This document shows positions 53,850-64,000 of a DNA stretch of 64,000 nucleotides, one piece after another. Under the pieces are notes generated by a model. The model worked only from the letters and a program-made list of their open reading frames with translations, searched no databases and was not told the origin of the DNA. Made by a program: the position numbers and the translations under genes. How positions within the stretch are numbered: position 1 is the first letter of the stretch; every line of letters begins with the position of its first letter. Origin of the DNA: Eledone cirrhosa (lineage: Eukaryota); the NCBI GenBank assembly GCA_964016885.1, contig OZ024743.1, positions 187,922,001 through 187,986,000 on the forward strand, in the 5' to 3' direction.

Positions 53850-55149
53850 AAATATGATTGTATGTATGTATTTATGTATGTATCTAGAATCTCTCAAACA
53901 CACAATTATGCATACGATATGCATGATATATATACATATAAATCAACATCATCATCTTTTAATGTCCATTTTCCATGCTAGCATGAGTAAGACGTGCTGT
54001 CTCATTGTGAAGCATCCATGTTGGAGGACTGTATTTTGCTCACGCAGTACTGATTTTGGCTTGGTTTCTATGGCTGGATGCCCTTTCTAGCACCAACCAT
54101 ATTTATATATATATGTGTATATTGAAAGTCATTCGTCCTTCAACTTTAATATTTATGAAGATTTATTTGTGATACAATCAAATAGAATGTATTTTATTGT
54201 AATTATACCCTCTAACTTCCTACCATATTCCAACTTGATACTACATTTTGAGATAACATCATGTTGTTTTTTTAAACTCAGATTACTTTCTACTCTATAA
54301 CTCTCTTGCTTAGTGAAGTTGCTGTATTTGTTGTTAATATTATTGTTTTGATATTTTTTAGCTCTTTGTTTCAAATAACCATCTCCTTTAGGGCCATATT
54401 ATGTAATTTATACTTATTTATGTCCATCCTGTAAGCTGGTCATACTGGTGACATGACAAAATGTACTCTGTCCACCTTGTAAGGTGGTTGTACTGGTGTC
54501 ATGACAGAAAACACTCAGTCCATGCTGTAAGTTGGTTGTACTGGTGTGATGACAAAATGCACCTAGCCCACCCTGTAAGGTGTTTGGCATTCAGAAGGGC
54601 ATCCTGCTGTAGAAAGCTGAGCCAAAAACAGAGTGTTTGAACAAGACATGTCAGCCAATCTAACCTATGCAAGATATTGAGAGGGATGTTATAGAATTTA
54701 TGTACTGGTTTTTGCATTTGTCTGATTGTAAGCCAATATTGTTGCCACTATTATTGCCATGTGGTATAACATAACTATGATTATCCAACTTTGGCTGTCT
54801 CACAATCAAAAATATAAAAAGTCAAGTCCAGTTAGGTTTACAGATAGGAATCCCTTTAAGTTATGTCATCATACTTTAAATATGATAAAATAATAAACTG
54901 ACATAAGTAGAATTCGAGCTGGAAAATTTAAAGCCAGTTATGAAATAACAAAAATTTATTTAGCCCTTTCAATACCATATTTCTAATGAAAACCATTGCA
55001 TATACATTTCATATGATCAAAATTTGGAGGGATGTAGAAATATAGCTAAGTTTTGCATTATTAAGCTTGTGTTTGGAACATGACTTAACAAAAATTCTTA
55101 CATAAAATTATGACAGAAGGCATTGAGATAAATTTAAACATTTTTAAAT

Positions 55150-56300
55150 AAACAGTTTTCTATAACAGAAATAGAGTTGGTTTAATCTAATGTTCTACAA
55201 CTAACTCAGATTTATAAGATGTGTTTTACACATCAAATTACTGATAGTGCTAAATTTTGTTGGTATAATGGAAGCTGACGTTTACATTGTCAATGAACCA
55301 TAACTACATAAATGATCTTGTAAAATGATTCTGCATAATTAATCTCACTGGGTAAAAATTCATAGACCAGCTACAAGACGTTGTTTTATGATTTAATATG
55401 TTATTTCATTGTAAACACTCCAGATTTTGAGTAGATTTTTCTTGGTTTTACATGTACTAGCACCAATATCCCATGTTGATTTATTTATTGTTTCAGACAT
55501 TTATGCTTGTAGTGTATCATAAATCTCAGTTGATCTGAATAAAAGTTGGTCTTTAAGATTAATGTTTCATACATGCAAGGCATTGGCTACATGTGTTTAA
55601 AGATAGAATTCCACCATAAACATTTTTCAAACAGTTACCACAATTAATATAAACGTCAAATGGAAACAGAACTGAATGTTCTCAATAAATCTCAATAGAT
55701 GTGAAGTGGCAGTGAATCCTGTAAGCAAATGTGTTTCCAGTACACATACTTTTGTCTTCTTGCAATATATCAAGAGCAAGTCAGCCCTACGAGTCTCACC
55801 TTTCTTTTTACTAAAACCACATGAAAAATAGAATTTTATTTTTCAAGCTAATTGAATGCTTGTTTATAGCCCAATGTTACTGTAATTTACAGAGGGAAAC
55901 TGTATTGTATGATAACAACTAAATATGCCTGAATAAACTGGTCCACAGAAAGATAAGTATTAGCAATGAGCAGATCTCTGAATGAGTAACAGACTGAACC
56001 TTCGGCAATTCATCTGACTCATTATTGACTCAGTTAATTAACATATCACCTTTAATAGAGTTTTCTCTTCAGAAGCAATTGTTTTCTATGTGGGTTAAAA
56101 CTAAATAGAAGAAGGCTATTGTAGTTGGCCTGAATAGATTTTATTATGCATTGAAGTTTATGTTAGAAAGGAACTTGTTTGGAGAGATGGTGAATTCAAG
56201 ATATCAGGTATGATTTCAGAAGTGACAGAAGGTTGAAAACTCAACTTAACTCATTTTATTATCTGGATATACAAACATTAAACAAATAGATGGTCTATTG
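55150..56300 (-). pseudogene. Decayed RNF213-like fragment (AAA+ core region)
   Basis: DELPKVQSVTHSEI, GYKQAFN*L, KKGETRRADLLLIYC, KMFMVEFYL, STWDIGA, LNHKT, colinear with recalled LFPKVTCRPP.E, FQRPYQYL, EG...CL..L..HC, KKFVVTFMI, MTFIGF, INHLT. Confidence 0.55.
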
Positions 56301-58807
56301 GAAAGGAAAGATAATTATATAGATCAGCAATCTTAGGGAGGGTAAAGTCGATTAAAGTAACCCCAATGCCTTACTGGTGCTTTATTTTATTTAACACCGT
56401 AAGGATAAAAGGTAAAGCTAACTTCAGTGGGAGTTGGATTCAGTATGTAAAGGGCCGTGAAGCATTGAGCAGATATGTATTTATCAAAAATTAACTTAGA
56501 AGCTACAACTTTCAAAAATAGTCTAACAAATTTGGAATAAAAACCCTTGGAGAGAAGGGCGATGCTGTCATCTCTTTCTGTCCAAGGTCTGTTATGCCCA
56601 ATTTACTAGATTATTTTTCATAGTAAAAAAAAAAATTGTAGCTTGAAAGTGAATTTTCAATAAGTTATAGTAATACTTTAACTTTCTATTGGATTGTATT
56701 GAATTATATCCGGGTTTCAAAACCTAATATACATATTATGTGTGAGTGCATGTATGTGTGAGAGAGAGAGGGAGGGAAGAATTGAGGAGAAGTAGAATAA
56801 TTTGAATGAGAGAATTGTAATATAATCTACATACACAAATATTTTTAAAAGCTTAATTAACTTCACTCCCAAATAATCCCATAATAGCATCCGAGCTGTT
56901 ATTGTTATTGTTTAGTCTCAAGTCAACTCTGAATGAGTAAAACCTATGATTAGAGGTGTTTCAGCTATAACCACTCTGAACATTTCCTTTGGGCAATGTT
57001 AATCCAAAGTTATATTCTTGCCGTGTTCCCTATCACTTTCAATAATTGCAAAATATTCATGAGGCAACCATAAAGAGGATTCTTCATGGCAAGATTGGTA
57101 ATACAAATATCAAAAGCCAGATTGTTGTGTTGTAGGAGAAATCATTATAAGTAAAACAGAATGGCTTTGATTCATAACTAAACATTGCCCTGAGATTATA
57201 AAAAAAGTTTTCACAATACTTACCAAAGCCAAAGTCCTACTACTTCATGCTCTCATTCAATTCTCTTTTCATTAATTTGTAATACCAGAGTTTTCTCCCT
57301 TGCCATACTTGACAAGAATTAATCACTAAAGCTAATGATATGTTTCTTCATTATAAGTTTTTTAAACATTGCTAAGTGGAACACTAAGTGGAATAATGAA
57401 ATCATTATCATTGTCATCACCATTGTTATTAATGTAATCATAGTCATCTTCACCTTCACTCTCCTTGTTATTAATGTTATTAGTTGAGAGTATTACAATA
57501 GCAATAAGGACACATTGACAGCTGAGGATCGCCACATTGACATATTAGCAATACCTGTATTTGCAGTAACCACAACAAAAATACTTTTCCAGTACCACAT
57601 AATACACAATAGTCAACACTAGTAGAATTTCTTCTACATATATTCAGAAAGAATTACTCAATACCTACTATTAAAATATACATTATAATAGAAATATAAG
57701 AATATAAAACACTTTCAATGCAAACAGATTTCAATAGCCCCACTAGTTATACTATTTCATTATTTTATTTTTGTTAGTTTAACTTCATGGCAAAGTAACA
57801 ATATGAACAAAAATGATTAGATTTAGATTGTTGGTTCATGGAAAGAACAAAGGTATTATTCTTTGATAATGGAGACATAAATTAATTTTTTGTTGATATT
57901 TCAGTGCCATAAATTATCTGTGGACGACAGCATCACTGGAATCATCACAGCCATATTTATATTTAATATTTCTCTAAAAACACATATATTTTTTTAATCT
58001 CTTCCAGTTCATTTATTTACAATAATATAATGACTTTAAACAATCAACCAAACCAGTTCCATTTACCCATATCATCTCCTAAACACCTGAACAGTCTTCT
58101 CTGTTATGAAGTTTTAATGTTGACATTGAATGTTGACATTTAATGTTGACATTGAATGAAGTTTTAATGTTGACATTGAATAAAAAATATTTATACATAT
58201 TAAAATAATATTTTTCCACAAAGTATGAACATTATTTTTTATAGAATAGAGCGTATAATTTATTGGAAGTGATGCCTTTATATTAACAATATCTATTGAC
58301 ATTGAAAACAGAAAAAAAAAAAAAAAAAATTCTCTATGGCAGGATTTGAAAACAGAAAGCTGAAATATCAAACGAGACACTATTAAACCACTAGTTTAAC
58401 ACTTTAATATTTATAATAACTCACCTGCCATTCAATCCATTATCAACAATACAGTGAAAAGGAAATACAAATAGGAGTGTTTAAAATCTAAAAACAATCA
58501 GCAAGCGATATAATAAGATCAGTCAATTGAATTATCTTTAGAAAATATAGAAAATGCAGGTGGGAATCAATCTGATTTTTATATCTAACTGGGGTTAGTA
58601 ACATATATTTCCTCACCTTAGCACATTCAGATTCAGTTGGCAAGACTCAGAGTGGTTAAGGATTCACATTGTAGTCCGTTGGTTCTGGGTTCAATCCTGC
58701 TGCATGAGACCTTGAGGAAGTGATTCTACTATACCCATGAGTTGATAAATACCTAGTAAGTGAAATTTGGTAGACAGAAACTACAGAAGTCCATCATATA
58801 TATATAT

Positions 58808-59738
58808 ATCATCATCATCATCATCATCATCAACATTTAATGTCCGTGTTCCACGCTTGCATGGGTTTGGACGGGGGTATTCCCACTTGAGGCAAGAGTG
58901 ATTGTCTTGCTCGCATAGGACTGTCTGGCAGGTTTTCTACAGTTGGATGCCCTTCCTAACACCAACCACATTTACAGTGTGGGACTGGAAGGTTTTTACC
59001 GTGTTGCCTACACGACCACATTACAGTGTGGACTGTGTGTTTTTTTGTCGTGACACCTACACGACCTCATTTGTTTCGGCCTGGATGTTGTGGCACCAAC
59101 ATAACTTTACATTGGAGGGGGTGGTGTGGATGGGGGTGTGGGTGGTGGGACGGGGTGTATTTTGTTAGAGATGCCTACTGGCTGTAGTAGGTTTTACTAT
59201 GTATTTAGGTAAGGCGGGTCTTCTCTATTACTGAGTACCGCCAAAGGTCTCGGTCCAGCGACATTGTCTTGGAGAGGTGTAAGTGTGTGAGGTCGGAGTT
59301 TATCAGCTCGTCCCAGGATTTTCTAGGTCTGCCTATTCCATGGCTACCGTTTATCTTTATTGCCCTGCACTTTGTTATACAGCTATCGACTTTCATGCGC
59401 ATCACGTGTCCGTACCAACGTAGCCTTCTCTCGAGTAAACAACATCTGATCCCTCTTATTTCTAATTTTTTCCTTAGTTCGTTTATGCTTTGCCGTTCAC
59501 GTATATTACTATTACACATCCAGCGGAGCATGCAAGCTTCGTTCCTCTCTAGTCTGCGTATATCCTCTGCGCACAATGCCCAGGTCTCACTGCCATGCAA
59601 CATTGCTGTTCGTATGCAGGCATCATACAACCTGCCTTTCATTTTTAGGGAGAACCCTTTAGCGGCTAATAGTGGTATAAGCTCTCTGAACTTTTTCCAT
59701 CCAGTTCTGACTCTAGCTACTGTACTTTCGGAGCACCC
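58808..59738 (-). mobile_element. RTE LINE 3' fragment, open frame, with 3' UTR
   Basis: 184-aa ORF GCSESTVARVRTGWKKFREL..DRDLWRYSVIEKTRLT. Confidence 0.95.
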
Positions 59739-60399
59739 TATATATATATATATATACAAAGGTAAATGGAAACAGACTACAATGAAAAATATATTAGTTT
59801 AATGGTTGTTATAGCAGGAAAATATTTTTTTACATTTCGGGCACTAGTCTTTCATAAAAAGATAGAATGAGAAATAAAATATGTAATAGAAAGATTGAGA
59901 GTGAGAAGTGGAAAGAATGAAAAGAATTTGATTGAGTAAAAGCACATGTATATTCTGTCAGCCATCAAGGTGGTCATTTTGGTGCCATGATAAAAAGACT
60001 CCAGTCCACACAGAAATGTGGTTGGAATTATGAAGGGCATCAAGCCATTGAAACCAAGCCAAAATACAGGACCATTTGAGCAAGATGTGGTCACCTGACC
60101 TGACTTGTCTCACATAGTATGACAGTTCATCTAACTCATGCAAGTGTGGAAAAATGAATCTTAAATGATAATAATGATGAAATCTATGTCTGTCTGTCTG
60201 TACATATGTATGTATGTATGTGTCTGTATTTATGCCTGTGTTTGTTTGAGTTTATGCCCTGTGAGTTAGAAACTCAGTAAACTAAGAGATCAATAAAATA
60301 AGTACCAGGTTTTAAACAAATAAGCACTGGCATTGATGTGATCAAATAGTAAAAGAATTGCCTTAGTATGGCTGCCATTTACTGACTGGAACAAGAAAA

Positions 60400-61050
60400 A
60401 GAATTAAAGGATAATTTGAGAGGCAATAGCTAATGTGAGCATTTTAAATACTAAATTCAAAGGTTTTAGGGCATGAAATATATAATATAGTGAGTTGGGA
60501 ATATCCATGCGAAATCTAAAAACAAACAAGAACATAAACTTTAATAAATTTCTTGGACAAGTCAGCTTGATGAGTTGAACTAAACAGTGACAGCTAACAA
60601 AACCCCAAACAAATTTCCAGTACATCCACTGTTTAAAGCATTATGTTGTACTACTCTATAGCAGTTTCTTGCAGCAAAGTGGACTATGTCGTTGAGATGC
60701 CAAATGTCTTGGCTATAGACATGTTGCAATACTGGCAATAATTTACAAACTGTTATTTCTTTGGCTGATATTCAAACTCCCTATTTAACTTGGCTTGCTT
60801 TGACTTTTCCATTTAGAAAGCTAAAATATAAAAACTACTGGTCTCTGAAAGTGAAACTGCCTAATCTATGCTAATTCTCCTGCTTTTGTGGAGAAAATTG
60901 CCATGTGGAATTCTTCTGCCAAATCGTGTTCTCTCTGTGTTAGAAGGAAAAACTAGATTCTATCAAGTAGGAAAATTTCAGGAATGATTGGTTAGGTGAA
61001 GGAAAAATATCTGAACAAATGGAAATGTTGTTCACTGAAGGCCTTATCAT
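60400..61050 (-). pseudogene. Decayed RNF213-like fragment (E3 region before the RZ finger)
   Basis: IIPEIF, LDRI*FF..DLAEEFHMAIFSTK, NLFGVLLAVTV*FNSSS*LVQ; weak colinear resemblance. Confidence 0.33.
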
Positions 61051-61607
61051 AATTTTAGTATGTAATGTGAATAAATAATATAGCAACAAATAGTTGTATT
61101 TATGCATATGTGAAAATTACACTTATGTAAACATATACAATTACTGTAAGTGGATTTTAAAACAAATGTATCACATACATGCATTAAAACAAAAAGTATT
61201 AACCTTAAGCACATATAAACATATGTATGTAAACATATCTGTACAATGAAACTCATTCACATATTGTCAGTTAAACATGCGCAACACACACACATACACA
61301 CAAAACTGTACACACAATAAAACATAACTCACATTCTAAAATACACAAACAACACAAAATACATACATACATACATTCATTCATACATGCGAAAATACCT
61401 ACATATATACCTATTTACCTATCTACCTACCTACATACCTACCCACCTACCTACATACCTACTTACCTACCTATCTATCGCCATACTAAAATCAGACTCT
61501 TCCAAGTAACAATTGAACCAATCTTGCAATTTGGAAGTGAAACATGGTCGCTTTCTTCTAAACAACAAAAGCACCTTGATGGCACCTACACTCCCCTGCT
61601 TCAATGC

Positions 61608-61929
61608 ATTCAAAACATAAGCTGGTGACATCAGACTTTGAGAAAAATATATGCCGGTCTCCCATGCATATCTGTTATTATACGTAAAAGGAGAGTAAGA
61701 TTTGCTGGCCACTGCCATTGTGCCACCTATGAGGCTGTGTCACCATTAGTGGTTTGGAAACCACAAGCAGTCACTAATAACAGGGGGCGCAAGCTCTCCT
61801 ATCTCGATGACATCTCCAGAGATTCTGATATTGAAATCCAGGATTTAGCAGTGGCAATGAACGACAGACCTACGTGGAGATCAATTATTGAGTCAATTTC
61901 GACTGAGGCCACCGGATGATGATGATGAT
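61608..61929 (+). mobile_element. RTE LINE 3' stub
   Basis: RRVRFAGHC..RGRKLSY..MNDRPTWR, (GAT)n tail. Confidence 0.88.
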
Positions 61930-62019
61930 CTCCATACATACATACAAACATCAACTTTGTCACTGGGAAGGTGGCCAGTCAAAAATAAACCGAAAATTAT
62001 GTGACTGAGAGAGCATAAA

Positions 62020-62340
62020 AGCCAGCACTCTGTTGGTTATAATGATGAGTGTTCCTGATGATTCAATCATTGGAACAACCTACTCATGTAATTAATTTAC
62101 AAGTGGCTGCCCATTCTATAGACTTGCATACCCTACATGTAGTTCTCAGGGAGATTTAGCATGACACACAATGTGACAAGGTTGACTCTTCGAATTTTAT
62201 GTACAACTGACTTTTGCCAGCTTAGTGCACTGGAGAAGAGTGAAATAAAGTGTCTTGCTCAAGGACACAACATATGACTGAGAATCAAACTCACGACCTT
62301 ACGATCATAAGCCAAATAACCTAACCCCAAATTACACTCC
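62020..62340 (-). mobile_element. Degenerate tRNA-SINE (family B-like core)
   Basis: Reverse complement of GTGTCCTTGAGCAAGACACTTTATTTCAC and a B-box. Confidence 0.75.
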
Positions 62341-62714
62341 TTCACCCACCTGTACATGATTACATACACACATACCTAGTATGTAATAACTGCATATACA
62401 TTTATATAAAGTATGGAAATGTGCATATAGCTCAAAACATAGTCTCATACATGGAATGACATGAATACCTAATGCACACACATACACTTACAGATTTTAT
62501 ATACAGAATTACCGAGTTGATGCTGTCTGAATTCCAATGGAAGAAATGTGTCTCTATATTAACAGCCATCTCCCACTCTCATCATCATCACAGTTTTACA
62601 TCCATTTTCCACGCTAGCATGGGTTATTGATGAGAAACTAATAACATAAATAAAACAAGTAGACAATACATACATATATACATACATACATACATAAATA
62701 CATACATACATACA

Positions 62715-63010
62715 TGATATTGTTGTTTGGGACCAAACATTGAAAGCGTGCTCTGTTGTAGAGATCAGCTGCCCACTTGATGTCAATGTTATAAGCAAAA
62801 TACAGCAGAAGGAGGACATCTATGGATCATTGATGAGGAGTTTGCTGATCCAGTATCCAATATACACCTTCAGCTTTATACCCATCTTTATTGGAGCTAC
62901 AGGTTATATACCAACCTGCTTGGACCAAAGTAAGACTGAACAAGAATGCAACTCCCTAATTCATAGACTACAAATGGCTGCAATAGCATTAACCTTAATA
63001 AATTAATGCA
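62715..63010 (+). mobile_element. RLE-domain stub of an R2/NeSL-type retrotransposon
   Basis: DIVVWD..VVEISCPLD..K..IY..PIFIGATG. Confidence 0.7.
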
Positions 63011-63204
63011 AAATTAAAAGAAATATACATGCCTACATACATGAACACATACATACATACGATGGCTGCCCCCTCGTTATCGAGGATGGCCATTGCACGA
63101 TATACCATTATTAATAATTATTAATTAATTCTACCGTGCAATGCCTGTGCATGAAGATATTTATTAAAGTGAGGAAAGACTGTGCACTGAGTCAATCCCA
63201 CTAA

Positions 63205-63985
63205 AAAATTACCAAGCCAACATAATAAAAAATGGGTGCAGCCCATTATGCCGTGTATGCAAAAAACAACCAGAGACCATTGACCATATAATTTCAATGT
63301 GCAGTCCTATAGCTCCAACCGAATACCTAAACAGGCATGACAGAGCTGCACAATACATACATTGGATAATGTGTAAGCATTTTGACCTGCCCCATCAAAA
63401 GAATTGGTGGGAGAATCAACCACCTCCCATACTTGAAAAAGATCACATCTCAATCTTGTGGAACTTTAGCATCCAAACAGACCGAAAAATAGATGCAAAC
63501 AGACCTGATATAATATTGAAAGACTTTCAAAAGAGGGTATGCCTGCTAATTGATATATCTGTTCCAATAGACAAGAATGTATCTATAAAAACATTTGAAA
63601 AATTGAGCAAGTTTAAGGACCTGGAGATAGAAATTGGAGAAATGTGGAAATTGAGAACTAAAACAATACCAGTGGTTGTAGGCGCTCTGGGAATGATACC
63701 TAAGGGGTCTAATGATTACTTATCGCAAATCCCAGAAAACCCGCGTATAGGAGAAATACAAAAGATAGTACTAATGGGAACTGCCCATATACTAAGGAAG
63801 ATTCTGTCAATATAAGTACATCACAAGTCTAAACACTAAAGATGCATGTGTGAATATGTATGTTCTTTCTTGAACATGGTGGACCTTGTTGTCTCTTGAG
63901 GTCACTGGTTGTGACTTGGTGATAACTCGTATGAACATAAAGCAAGATAAATGCAACTGTAATAATAATAATAATAATAATAATA
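63205..63985 (+). mobile_element. R4/Dong-like non-LTR retrotransposon 3' end (CCHC and RLE) with (TAA)n tail
   Basis: CRVCKKQPETIDHIISMC..RHD..RPDII..IDISVP..KLSKFKDL..PVVVGALG; tail at 63960-63985. Confidence 0.9.
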
Positions 63986-64000
63986 AACTAAAACAATACC

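Noticed and set aside
58105-58182. Short near-palindromic 13-bp repeats AATGTTGACATT(G/T)
   Set aside because: Simple minisatellite without unique spacers; not a CRISPR-like array

Overview
AT-rich, repeat-dense eukaryotic genomic DNA. The tRNA-derived SINEs resemble octopus OK/OR families, so an octopod cephalopod is inferred. I found no intact protein-coding gene. The window holds many decayed transposons: several RTE LINE families, two Penelope-like elements (Neptune-type and Naiad-type), a CRE-like and two R4/NeSL-like RLE retrotransposon remnants, a CsRn1-type Gypsy LTR+gag, a solo LTR, a DD37D (maT) transposon, two SINE families and long microsatellites. It also holds a processed stearoyl-CoA desaturase pseudogene. 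The main unexplained signal is about ten intronless, stop- and frameshift-riddled 0.6-1.1 kb fragments that, by manual translation, resemble different parts of the giant AAA+/RING E3 ligase RNF213. They lie on both strands, out of protein order, and partly overlap in protein coordinates. Also seen: at least four hammerhead-ribozyme-like motifs and an RTE insertion with the geometry expected from twin priming. All family assignments come from motif recognition by eye, not database searches.
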